NCBI RefSeq assembly: GCF_006345805.1
Contig: NC_043006.1
Span: forward strand, 72,912,001 to 72,976,000
Reading direction: 5' to 3'
From: Octopus sinensis
Taxonomy: Eukaryota
DNA length: 64,000 nucleotides
Part shown: in pieces, positions 37,425-50,174 of the stretch
Numbering within the stretch: the first letter of the stretch is position 1
Layout: every line of letters starts with the position of its first letter
The notes under the pieces: generated by a model
Told to the model about the DNA's origin: nothing
Database searches by the model: none
What the model saw: only the letters and a program-made list of their open reading frames with translations
Made by a program: the position numbers and the translations under genes

Positions 37425-38365
37425 ATATATTGATACAAATACATGTATACACTGACTCACCTAATGATTAAAAAAATATACATACTAATAGAGATGTTCA
37501 CGACAGTAGAAAGATTTACAACCTGTCAAATTCTGCTGAGATTAATGTAGACGTTACAAATTAAGCAATAAGTTGTCTCTTTCAGTGTCAGAATTAAATA
37601 AATTAAGAAGTAATTCAGATACAGATGGCTGGGCACAGATGGCGGGGCACCACACTTAATGTGTACGTAGGCTGCTTACAAATAACTGTCTGTATATGAA
37701 ACTATATATAGACATGGAGAGCTATGATGTACTCATAAACATACATACACATAAATATACATACTCTTAGATATAAAGAAAATACAGGCACCATCTTTGT
37801 AGACATATACATTCACATTCACTTGCATATACATGATATATGTATATAGGCGCAGGAGTGGCTGTGTAATAAGAAGCTTGCTTCCCAACCACATGGTTCT
37901 GGGTTCAGTTCCACTGTGTGGCATCTTGGGTAAGTGTCTTCTACTATAGTTTCAGGTTGACCAAAGCCTTGTGAGTGGATTTGGTAGATAGAAACTGAAA
38001 GAAGCTCATCATATATATATGTGTGTGTGTGTGTATGTGTGTGTCTGTGTTTGTCCTGCCACCATTGCTTGACAACTGATGTTGGTGTGTTCACGTCCCC
38101 AGTAACTTAGCAGTTCAGCAAAAGAGACCAATAGAATAAGTACTAGGCTTACAAAGAATAAGTTCTGGGGTCAATTTGTTCAACTAAAGGCGGTGCTCCA
38201 GCATGACCAAAGTCAAATGACTGGAACAAGTAAAAGAATAAAAGAATTAATAAAATCTGTAATTGTTTATATCTGTGGAGGCAAGGACCGAGGCCTTTGG
38301 CATTATTCCATGCTTGAGAAGAAGACCCATCAAGCCAACCAAAATTGCTGTTGTGGCAGATACCG

Positions 38366-38495
38366 GTGTCATGCAAATTGACACCTGTGCTGGTGGCATA
38401 TAAACGCATCCCAGTGTCATGCAAATTGACACCTGTGCCGGTGGCATATAAACGCATCCCAGTGTCATGCAAATGGCACCTGTGCCAGTGGCACA
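38366..38495 (+). repeat. 48-bp tandem repeat, about 2.7 copies
   Basis: GTGTCATGCAAAT starts at 38366, 38414 and 38462. Confidence 0.85.
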
Positions 38496-40484
38496 TAAAA
38501 GCACCCATTACACACTTGGAGTGGTTGGTGTTAGGAAGGGCATCCAGCCATAGAAAACCATGCTAAATGAGACTGGAGTTTGGAGCAACTTTCCAGTGTA
38601 CCATCCCAGTCAAACCATCCAACCCATGCCAGCATGGACAACAGACGTTAAACGATGATGATGATGATGTATGTAATAATCCTTTCTACTATAGGCACAA
38701 GGCCTGAAATTTTTTAGGGGAGGGGGCTACTTGATTACACCAACTCCAGTACACAACTGGTATATATTTTCATCAACCTTGAAAGGATGAAAGTCGAAGT
38801 TGATCTCTATGGAATTTGAACTCAGAATGTAGAGACAGATGAAATTCCACTATGCGTCTTGTCTGGTGTGTTATTGATTGTGCCAGCTTGTCAACTTTAT
38901 GTCAATGAAAATGAGCTTATTGTAAACATGCATGTGTTGCATGATGGGATAGCATTACAGATGGATAAGAGAGTGGGGGCACATGGCCTGGTGGTCAGGC
39001 TGTTGGATTCACAGTCATATGTTTGTGAGTTCAATTCTTAGAACTGGCAGTGCTTTATATCCTTGAGCAAAGCATTCTATTTTGTGATCTTTCAGCCCAC
39101 CCAGCTGAGAATGAGTCCTGTCTGTTGTGGAGTGGTGCCTCACAGACTATCGGTGTCAATGGCTGTTGTTGGTTACTGCATACTAGATGATGATGATGAT
39201 GATGATGATAATAGTAAGAGAGAGGGAGGGAGAGAATGATGACCAGCAATAGAGATGGATGAGGGTAAATGAGAGTGGTAGATGGTGATGAAAAATATCA
39301 TGGAGGGGTGCAGAGTGATAGCTAGCAGTAAAGAAAGATATAATGAATTCATTTGTGTCTCCTCTGATGTCATTTGTATTATTTTTGTATTAAAATGTTT
39401 AGAGCACATTAACCCTTATTGTGCAGGAACCACGTAAATTTCGTTTTGTGCATGTGCACTGGAGACACGGGGACCAAGTTAAATCGTTTTAGACTATGGG
39501 GTACTTTCTGAAATTCTCCACATTTCATATGATGTAGGAAAAGATCTCCTTCAGTCATGAATGACCATGGGAGTGCACCTAAAAAGTTTCCCTCTTAGGC
39601 ACAAGTCTGGGCAAAGTTGTTTATGGAAAACCAGCAGTCGCCCATGCATACCAGCCTCCCCTCTCTGTGCCACTGATGTTATCCAAGGGAAAGGCAAAGG
39701 CCAATACAGCTTAGCATCAATGACATCAACTTATTTCTACAGTTGAGTGAACTGGTGGAATGTGAAATAAAGTGTCTTGCTCAAAAACACAACACAGCCT
39801 GGTCCAAGAATTGAACTCATTACCTCATGATTGTGTGCCTGATGCTCTAACAACTGAACCACACACCTTCGCTATGCTCATTTTATTGTGTGTACTATGT
39901 CCTAGGAAATGTGAAGAAGAGAAAGAGGTTGCCAGAATTTATTTGTATATAATTAGCATGTTACATTATCAACACAATTTAATCAGTGCAGCGAAGCTTA
40001 AAAACTTCCTTATAAGGATGTTTAGGCTTGTATTAAGGTGTTATAATTATGGTATATAAACTGGATAGGTGACAGGTGAGTTTAGTAGAAGCATTTATAT
40101 GCTTAGTACAGTAATGTTTCTCATGTTACAGATATTTGTTTTATCATGGATGCTTGCATTTCTAGTGTTTGTCATGCTCCATTTATTATATTCAAGTGTT
40201 ACCTGTGGTCTTCATGTTCAACATGCATGAATTTGTGTTTTCTTATTATGTCTCCATCTGGTTTGAAGCTGATTTGCCTCCTTAGAGGTGTAAAATGAAA
40301 TTTTAAGAGTTCTATGTTGAAGCCATAGTTTCTTTTCACTGTGTGGTAAGTAGTTTGCTTACGAACCACATGGTTCCAGGTTCAGTCCCACTGCGTGGCA
40401 CCTTGGGCGTCTTCTACTATAGCCTTGGGCTGACCAAAGCTTTGTGAGTGGATTTGGTAGACAGAAACTGAAAGGAGCCCATCG

Positions 40485-40521
<37 letters not shown>

Positions 40522-41944
40522 ATGTTTTTGTGTCTGTGTTTGTCCTCCCAACATCGCTTGACGATCAATGCTGGTGTGTTTACATCCCCGTAACTTAGCG
40601 GTTCGGCAAAAAAGAGACCGATAGAATAAGTACTAGGCTTACAAAGAATAAGATCTGGGGCCGATTTGCTCGACTAAAGGTGGTGCTCCAGCATGGCCAC
40701 AGTCAAATGACTGATACAAGTAAAAGAGAGGAGAATGCAATGCATGATATCTTGATTTTTTTACTTGTTTCAGTTACTGGATTGCAGCCTTGCTGGGGGC
40801 ACTACCTTGAATAGTTTTAGTCAAGCAAATTGACTTCAGTACTTATTTTTCATCATCATCATCATCAGTTAACATCTGTTTTCTGTACTGGCATGGGTTG
40901 GATGGTTTGACAGGAGCTACCCTGCTGGAGAGCTGCTCAGGCTCCCTGTCTGTTTTGGCACGGTTTCTATGGCTGGATGCCCTGCCTAACACCAACCACA
41001 GCACAGAGTGTACTGGGTGCTTTTTATACGGCGCCAGCACCTACAAGCCCGTGAGCTTAGGGATGCTCAGCTGGAGAGGGTTGCAGGGGACAGGCCTGTA
41101 TTCAAGGGCAACCACATTTTTATTTAGCTTGATGTGTCTTTTCAAACACAACAAACCACCAGGAATCTTGGTCCCCTATCATCTCTTCTGTGATTTACAA
41201 CATCTGTAGATCCTTTCTCATCACTTTGGTCTAGTATTTATTCAGCTGGTCTCTTCTGCTAAACTGCTAAGTTACATGGATGTAAACAAACCAGCATTGG
41301 TTGCTGGGGAATAAACACACAGACACACACATATATATACCAAATTCACTCACAAAGTATTAGACGGATTGAGACTACAGTAGAAGACATTTGCTCAAGG
41401 TGCTATGAAGTGGAACTGAACTCAAAACCATGTGGTTACAAAACAGATTTCTTAACCACATGACTATGCTCATGCCTCCAATTGTTTTCCAGTCTTGCAC
41501 TTATTGCACTTCTTTCATTGTTGGTGATCAGAAGTTTTATAGAGAGACGACAGTTGTACTTCTGATATTCCATGTCATATTTTATTGTGATAGAGACTAT
41601 GCTTAGGTTAATTTATGCTTTGTATCACCTGTCAGTTCACATGTCTGGTATATGGCCTTTGTTGTGGAATATCCCCTGCTTTTACAACATTTTTTGACAG
41701 AAGTCTTTTCACATTTGGTATTGATTTCTATATATTTGACCAGCATTGACCAGCTGTGACACCATCTGGTCTTTATTTTCTGATATTTTGTTTTTAGAAT
41801 TGAATTTTTCAATATCTTTAAAGGAAATACAGCTGTCAATTGTAGCAGCTCAAGCAGCCAGTAGAGAATTCCTCAACAGCTTGAAAAATCAGTAGTGAAT
41901 ATTATAGAAGATCAAGTTTTTGTTAAAAAGGTCTGTACAGACAA

Positions 41945-42082
41945 GGAACTAATAAATGTGACTTGTGTATAGAAGAATTTTACCAAATTTTTACAACAGA
42001 AGATAATATAATAAATTCTAGGCAAGAACAAGCTTTAAGATGCTTGTATATGAAAAAATTTACCATTGCTCAATATAAATGA
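41945..42082 (+). pseudogene. C-terminal fragment of a Penelope-like element ORF (end of GIY-YIG region, Neptune-like Cys motif)
   Basis: Reads GTNKCDLCIEEFYQIFTTEDNIINSRQEQALRCLYMKKFTIAQYK*, fitting the C-x-LC-xx-E...N-x-R-x-E-x4-C-x-H-xx-K pattern at PLE C-termini. A hammerhead follows about 180 bp downstream. Confidence 0.7.
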
Positions 42083-42264
42083 GTTAAAAATACTTAAACA
42101 ACGAAATTTATATCTGACTATAAGTTTATAACTGGCTATAAGAAATAAACAATTGATTATCCATTCAATACTTGGAATTGAAAATTAACATACAACTCCA
42201 CTTTGTTGAATGCAAAGAAAATCAACATGAAACTTTAACCAGTTAAACTGGAAATGATATTTCT

Positions 42265-42349
42265 GACCCGGAAGAAACTCCACCAGTATTATAGTAAAGT
42301 TTCCAAATGCAATAGTTACTAACAGATGTAGTCGAAACATATGTAGGTC
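42265..42349 (+). ncRNA. Type-I hammerhead motif in the 3' pseudo-LTR of the Penelope-like fragment
   Basis: GACC-CGGAAGA-AACTCCA...TGTAGTC-GAAA-C-ATAT-G-TA-GGTC. Perfect stem I, palindromic ACATATGT, one core substitution (CUG to CGG). Confidence 0.7.
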
Positions 42350-42424
42350 TATTTGAGGCTGTATTTATATATAAAAAAATGATGAAAGGTAATGCTAATG
42401 CTACTTCATCATAATCATCATCAT

Positions 42425-42620
42425 TATTATTGTCTTTGTACAGCTTCTAATGCTGGAGATGTACTATGGTGTCAGCTGTTCACTACCAGTGAACTAAGGT
42501 AACACTCCTTATTTTTCGAGCACCACCCGGAGTATTTGAGCAGTTCCAAGCAGTGCTGTTTCCTTCAAGTGTTCCACCCTTATTGCAACTTCTATTTGTT
42601 CTGTGTACTTCTCAAGATTA
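42425..42620 (-). mobile_element. Extreme 3' fragment of an R4/Dong-like LINE in (ATT)n
   Basis: Minus strand LEKYTEQIEVAIRVEHLKETALLGTAQILRVVLEK*, bounded by ATT/CAT repeats. Confidence 0.65.
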
Positions 42621-43710
42621 TTATTATTATTGATATCAACTACTCCAGGAAACCTATATGGTTAAAGGTAATATATTTAGAATAATCCAATGGAATATAT
42701 CTTTGAATTCTTGAAATTATATAAGAATTATTACCGGGTTTAAATACTAACCGATGAATAGCCTATTTTGAATACCTAACTGTGAGCAAACCAGTAAATG
42801 TTTGAAGGAATCCCTTACTAATTACCTGTGTGTGTGTGTGTGTGTTTTAATATTTCGCTCAAGCGTTGCAATGCTAAAAACCTGGTGTTAGAACTTAATA
42901 TACACATGCTTCAGTATGAAGCAGCAGTCGAGTACAGAACAATAAGTAAATGGACCGACAAAGGAAATAAGCAATTATGAAGTTCATAACACAATTGTTT
43001 ATTTCCTTTGTCATCCCAATTTCTTACTTATATGTGTGTGCGTGCATCTATAGATGCATGTATGTCATGTATCTCCCCTATAGCAAGACACCTGTGTTTG
43101 GCCCACTTGTCTTCAACACCAGGCAAAAACACCACCTCCCCTTCTCAGTTGAGAGGCTTCTTCTTTTCCCTCTCTTTTTTTTTTTCCTTTGTCTTGCAAG
43201 CTGCTTGGTGACCTCACCAGTGCCAGTGTTACAAAAAAGCACTCGGTGCACTCTATAAGGTGGTTGGCATTAGGGAAGGGCATCCAGCTGTAGAAACTAT
43301 GTCAAAGCTGATACTGGGTACTAATGCAGCTCTGGACTGAAAGCTAAACAGGCTGAAACTTCAAAGTCACTGTCAACACTATTTTAATTAAAGAATAATA
43401 AATATTTATTCTGTGATAAGTATTGAGTTATTCTTCAGTTTAATGTAAACATACACACAAACACAAGCACGCATGCACACACACATATATATGACAGGCT
43501 TCTTTCAGTTTCCGTCAACCAAATCCACTCACAAAGCTTTGGTTGGCCCAGGGCTATAAGTAGAAGACACTTGCCCAAGGTGCCATGCAGTGGGACTGAA
43601 CCTGGAGCCATGTGGTTGGTAAGCAAACTACTTACCACACAGCCACTCATATATGTATACGTACATATACATATATATATATATATATGATGGCAATGAT
43701 ATATATATAT

Positions 43711-43755
<45 letters not shown>

Positions 43756-44129
43756 GGAGAGAGAGCGAAAAAGAAAGAAAGAGAAAGAGCTAGCTAGCTA
43801 GATAAATAAATAAATAGATAGATAGATAAATATATGTAATATGGTATGAGTAAATGTATCTTCTTGTCTTGATATGTGCACATAAATTATAAGTGAAACT
43901 TAATGTTCATCCAGAACTTTGTTAGTTGTTTACAGTTATTCATGAAAATCATGTTTAGGCTGTTCCTTGTTTAATAGACTTCAGGAAATATTAACCTTGC
44001 TTGGAAATCTGGCTGAAGAAAAATCTGGCTCAATATAGAACATGGCTATGTCTGACTTATGCAAGCATAGAGAAGTAGATGTTAAACAATGATAGTGATG
44101 ATAGCATAAATCTGTTCTTGTTTACTTAC

Positions 44130-44319
44130 CTGTTTGTTTTGGTCCCGAAACTGAATAAGGTAGCTGATTTTCTCACGAGATTTCTCCAGATCCTCCTGCC
44201 AACACTTCTGGTCATATTCTATGGCACTGTCACTCTCTGATTTTCTTTCTTGAAAAACCTTCCGCTGTATTCGATCTCGGTCTGCCATTTGTGCTTTTAG
44301 GACATCTCGAATATGTTTC
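44130..44319 (-). CDS. Second coding exon of the same gene (KHIRDVLKAQMADRDRIQRKVFQERKSESDSAIEYDQKCWQEDLEKSREKISYLIQFRDQNKQ), coiled-coil-like
   Basis: Acceptor ggcag|G at 44320-44322 and donor CAG|gtaagt at 44129. 190 nt = 1 nt completing AG|G (Arg) plus 63 codons, ending in phase 0. Confidence 0.88.
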
Positions 44320-45029
44320 CTGCCAGCAATAATTGTAAGTTATAACAAACTGTTAATAAAATGTGTAATTAAAAACTCAGAGGTGTAGATGCTGCTATGT
44401 GGTTGAGAAGCTTGCTTATTGACCATGCAGTCTTGGGTTCACTCCCATCGTATGGCACCTTGGGTAAGTATCTTCCACTATAGACCCTGGCAGATTAAAG
44501 CCTTATAAATGGATTTGGAGGAAGCCTGTTGTGTGTTTGCAAGTATATGTGCACATGTGTGTGTGTATGTGCATGTGTGTGTATGTATACCCTTGTCTAG
44601 ATGTCCCACAATGGTTGTAAATGGGCAAAATTATTTTGCAAGCAAAGTCGTTCATTTCCAGTCAGCCATAGAAAAATCTGTCTTAACAAATTCCATCTGA
44701 CTCCTACAAGCATGGAAAACTGACGTTAAATGATCATCATCATTATGATAAGCTGCTCATGAAATTAGAGAAAGAGTCTATTACACACCTTTGCTGACAC
44801 TACGTGTGTAATTGTCCGTCATGTAATATATTAACTATGTAAATCAGGTTTTCCGGTTTAATAAAGTCCTTAATTGCTATAACTCTATAATCAATGTCAT
44901 TGTGGGCAGATAAGTGATGACTGCGTGGTTTTCAATTAAGGTTCCAAATTGGGATGAAACTAGTTGGATTGGTACCCCTTTTCCTGACCATGGAGAGATA
45001 TTTTTAGATATTTCTTTACATATATAAGT

Positions 45030-45435
45030 AGGTGTAGGAGTGGCTGTGTGGTAAGTAGCTTGCTTACCAACCACATGGTTCTGGGTTCAGTCCCACTGCG
45101 TGGCACCTTGGGCAAGTGTCTTCTACTATAGCCTTGGGCCAACCAAAGCCTTGTGGGTGGATTTGGTCGACGGAAACTGAAAGAAGCCCGTCGTATATAT
45201 GTATACATATATATATATGTGTGTGTTTGTGCTTGTCCCTCCAACATCAATTGATAACCGGTGCTGGTGTGTTTACGTCACCGTAACTTAGCGGTTTGGC
45301 AAAAGACACCGATAGAATAAGTACTAGGCTTACAAAGAATAAGTCCTGGAGTCGATTTGCTCGACTAAAGGTGGTGCTCCAGCATGGCCACAGTCAAATA
45401 ACTGAAACAAGTAAAAGAGTAAAAAAGAGTAAAGA
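45030..45435 (+). mobile_element. tRNA-derived SINE family A, representative full copy
   Basis: Head GGAGTGGCTGTGTGGTAAG...GGTTCAGTCCC (A/B-box-like), internal (TA/TG)n, tail GAAACAAGTAAAAGAG. Other copies at ~5361-5750(-), 7261-7642, 8053-8412, 18175-18536(-), 27177-27563, 37848-38240, 40339-40730, 48983-49380, 56685-56993(-), plus many fragments. Confidence 0.9.
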
Positions 45436-45779
45436 GTATATACCTGTAGTATCCAATCATAGACGTAATCTAAGATTGTAAACGTACTACCCTGTAGTAC
45501 ATCTGAAGAGAATTATTGCTGTCTTCTATCACACTTGAACAATGAGGATGATGAATCAGTCTATAACTTTTGATTCTTACTTGTTTCAATGACTGCCCCA
45601 AAGGGGTTGGTTCAACGAATTGATCCCAGCTCTAATTTCATAAATATGGCAGGTACTTACTCTGTCAGTCTCTTATTGAATTACTAAGTTACAGGGATGC
45701 AAACAAAGGAATACTGGTTACCAAACAGGATGTGGGAGGAGAGGGGAAGAACAAAGACACATGAACATATATGAGCATA

Positions 45780-45996
45780 CAGTAATCTCTTGCCATATCG
45801 TGATTCACCTTTCACAGTTTATTATTTAAGCTTACATCGATTCTTCCATGGTGTTGCTTTGCATTTATAATAAAATAAATATATACAAATCATAATAATA
45901 ATAATAAAAATATACAGTACTGTTTCTACTTTGTGGATTTTCACTTATCGTGAGGGGTTTTGGAATGTAGCCCCCACGATAGACGAGGGATTACTG
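45780..45996. mobile_element. Tigger-like MITE
   Basis: TA-CAGTAATCTCTTGCCATATCGTG ... CACGATAGACGAGGGATTACTG-TA. Confidence 0.75.
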
Positions 45997-48900
45997 TATA
46001 TATATATTTATGCACGCACACACAGACGGCAAGTTTCCACACAGATTCTGTCAACAAGATCTGCTCAAAGCATTGGCTGACCCAGAGCTATAGAAGAAGA
46101 CACTTGTTCAACAAGCCATGCAGTAGGACTGAACCTGCAAAATAAGCTTTTTAACCATACAGCCATACCTGGGCCTACATGTTTTTATTAATTTTGCTAA
46201 TACTAAGAAATTAGGAAGAATTTAGAAAAAAAAAAGCTAGATGGAGAGAATGGTCATATGTCAAAATGCCTTCAAGTGTTAACTTTGCTGCTGTTTATAT
46301 TCTAAGCTGAACTCCTACGAAGGCCAACTTTAATTTCATCCTCCTGGGGTTCATTAAATAAAGTGTCCGTGGAATATTGTAGTTGATTTAATATTCCTAT
46401 AAAGTAGTCCTGATATGAATCAGATTATATCAAATACTAAGGTATAAATTAGATATTTCATTACTTAACTGACATTTAGAAGATATCTGAACATATCTGA
46501 ACAGATATATCTGTGTGATTAAGAAGCTCATCTTGCAACCTAGTGGTTGTGGGTTCAGTCCCACTGTGTGGCATCTTGGGCAGGTGTTTTCTACTAGAGC
46601 CACTGACCAAAACACTTGTGAGTGGATTTGGTAGACAGAAACTGTGCAGAAACCTATACATAATCATCCTCATGATGATCATCATTTGACACCCATTTTC
46701 CATGTTTGCACAAGTTGGACAGTTTGACAGGAGCTGGCAAGGCTAGGAGGGCTGCACCAGGCTCCAGTTGTCTATTTTGGCATGGTTTCTATGGCTAGAT
46801 GTCCCTTCCTAAAGCAAATCACTTTACGAAGTGTACTGGGTGCTTTATATGTGGTGTCAGCATGGGTACTTTCTGTATGGTACTAGTACTAGCGCTTTTT
46901 ACACAGTGCCTGTATGAGCACCTTCTACATGGCACATATATATATACATACATGTGCATATATATGAAATAATATATTTCACTCATAATTATATTATTCA
47001 ATTAAATTCAATTGTGTTTTGTTTTGGAGAGAATTGAAATAAAGCTTTCACTTAATTTTATTATAGTAGTAACTATGGAAGACTTGTGGAATTATCATTT
47101 GTATGGACTTAAAGATTGGTCGCTATTTAGTGTATAATTTAGTTATTGTAGGTTTACTATTAATACCGATACAGATGTACATAGATTTATGTGTTTCTTG
47201 TTATAGTTTAATTTTAAAGTTAGTATTTAATCCTGCCTATATTTAGATTGAATACTGTTGTACATAGGATAAATATGTTTGAAAGTTGTATTTTTTTTTT
47301 GTATGTTTGTTCCCAAACAACACTTCTTTTAGTGCTGTTTACACTGCTGGATTGAGTGGTACTGCCCAGGTGTTGAAACCATAATGATATCCGTGGGGCA
47401 GCTGATGATGGAGGTATGTTGGATTGTTGGTATGGCTGTGTTTGTATATGTGGAATAGTGTTATAACACATCCTTTTGATATATATGTGTGTGTGTGTGT
47501 GTGTGTCCATGTGTGTATGCTTTGCTGCTACTTGATAACTGGTGTTACTTCACTTACAACCTTCTAACTTGATGTTTTGGCAAAAGATATTGATAGAATA
47601 AGTATCAAACTTAAAAATAAGTACAGGGTGGATTTGTTCAACTAAAACCCTTCATAGGGGTACCCCAGCATGGTTGCAGTTCAATGACTAAACCAAGTAA
47701 AAGGTAAAAGATATAAAGCCATGATAGAGTTTTTAATTTAAATATGGTAGTTTTGTATTTTAGAACCAGAAGTGGTTTCTGATGGGTGGGTTGATTGGTA
47801 TCAAAACATATGACTACGTAACATAATGAATAATTTCTAAGGAATGTAAATTGGTGAAAATTAGTAGTTGAGTATTAGGACAAAACTGTTTATTAATTAA
47901 ATAATACAGATGTCATATATATGTGGGGGGAAAAAAAAACAAATAAAAACAGGGAAGTCAACCCAATGAGCATATCTCAATGTAGTCAATTGATGTTCTA
48001 GAAATAGCAGCCAAACCTCTTACATATTAGATTTTACTGTCTTAAAAATAGATATTGCACATTAGCTAATGTGGTTCTAGGTTGTTGCGAAAAGACAGGA
48101 TAATCATGGCTGGAATGGCCTCGATTAAAATTCTGTTTAATCAAAGGTGGAAAATCCACAAATATCCAGAGTTTCTGAAATTATAACTAAAGAAAATGGG
48201 GACTTTCTTTCGTTATAATTATATAAGTGTGTGTGTGTGTGTGTACATATGTATATGTATGTATATATGGATGTATTTATGTTTCCACTGATCTAAACAC
48301 CCTGGTGATTTTTATGTCCAACAGAGGCTAACAGAATACACAGCAAACTGAAGCAAGTACTGGATTCAATACAACTAACTTAAGACCCTCTAAAACAGTC
48401 CCTCAGCACAGCCACAATACAAGAATGGAAACTAGTAAATAAATAAAAGAATAAAGACAAACATGCTATCTGTAAAATAAACATACTCAATTGATTTCGT
48501 GTTTAATTTGTGTTTCTATATATCCTGCCATCTGTTATTTTAGTTTTTCTGACTTCTATTGATTTAGTTTAGTGTACAGAAATGAATCTGTAGTGTCTTA
48601 TTGAAAACTCATTATTTGTTCTTATAATAAAGCGGCCCGCTGGCAGAAATGTTAGCATGCCGGGTGAAATGCTTAGTGGTATTTTGTCTGTCTTTACACT
48701 CTGAGTTCAAATTCTGCCGAGGTTGACTTTGCCTTTCATCTTTTCGGGATCAATAAATTAAGTGCCAGTTGCATACTGGCCCCTGCTGCTCCCCCAAAAT
48801 TTCGGGCCTTGTACCTAGAGTAAAAAAGATTATCTGTTCTTATAGTTAAGATGGCATAATTTTGCTGCCATGTAAAGAGTTTGTGTTTCTACCACTTTTG

Positions 48901-49138
48901 CAGTAAAAAAAGGAATGGAAAATAAAAGATTGTTGCTAAGTAATACAAGCTTGAAGGGAATACATATATGCAAATATACAGTTGTGGCTGTGTGTGGTAA
49001 GTAGTTTGCTTCCCAACCACATGGTTCCGGGTTCAGTCCCACTGTGTGGCACCTTGGGCAAGTGTCCTCTACTATAGCCTCCAGCTAACCAAAGCCTTGT
49101 GAGTAGATTTGGTAGACAGAAACTGAAAGAAGCCCATC

Positions 49139-49172
<34 letters not shown>

Positions 49173-49995
49173 ATGTATGTATATGTTTGTCTGTCTATAT
49201 TTGTACCCTGTCATCACTTGACAACCGATGCTGGTATCTTTATGTTCGTCAAAAGTGACCGATAGAATAAGTACTAGGCTGACAAAGAATAAGTCCTGGG
49301 ATCAATTTCTTTGACTAAAACCCTTTAAGGTGGTGCTCCAGCATGGCTACAGTCAAATGACTGAAACAAGTAAAAGAATACATATACATACATACACACA
49401 TATATATATAGTGAGGGTTCTTGGCCTAGTCTTTAGGATGTTGTACTCATGATCTAGTGATTGTGATTTCAATTCCTAGACTGGGTTGTGCATTGTGTTC
49501 TTGAGCAAAACACTTCATCTCACATTGCTCTGTGATCACTTCGACACCTGATGTGTTGTACACAGTGCACCTGTTCAGCTAATGTGTAGCACAAACATTT
49601 GATCACTATAAACGAATCATTTGTTTTCCATTTGCCAAACTGCTAAGTTACAGGTAGTAAACACAAGGACACACTATCAAAACCTATGCCTCCCTATCAT
49701 GCTGCATCACACTTCGTATACATGCATCACACAATCTGTTCTTTATCCTGAACGAAAAGCCCCTTGTTGCTCGCAGACATAATAGGCCCCTGAACTTTTT
49801 CCAACTCATTTTACTCTGTCTACTATGCTTTCAGAACTTAATCCCACCCCACCCCACTCCGCTTCTGATTAAAGCGTCTAAGTAACCATCCAGGAATTTG
49901 ATGGAATCTTTTGCCCATGATGTCAAAGTGGCTTATTATCCTTGTAGATCATGCACCTCTCGTATATGAAATCTGCTTTCTCTGTTATATATATA

Positions 49996-50174
49996 CCATA
50001 CTTTAATGTGTATAAGGACCCCACTTGTATAAGGAAACCCCTAATTTTGGGGGCTTAAAATTTGGAATAAAGGTTTAGTAAGGAATTATAATACTATCCC
50101 TGTATAAGAAACTCCCATATTTTTTTAACCTAATTTTTAACAAGAAAGGGTTCCTTATACATTTTAAGATATGG
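49996..50174. mobile_element. pogo/Tc1-mariner-like MITE
   Basis: TA-CCATACTTTAATGTGTATAAGGACCC ... GGGTTCCTTATACATTTTAAGATATGG-TA. Confidence 0.7.

Noticed and set aside
38366-38495. Regular repeats that could suggest a CRISPR array
   Set aside because: Head-to-tail 48-bp units without unique spacers, next to a SINE, in eukaryotic DNA with no cas genes.
40132-40230. Hydrophobic plus-strand exon candidate (IFVLSWMLAFLVFVMLHLL...)
   Set aside because: The adjacent upstream donor region has stops in all frames, so no coherent CDS can be built.
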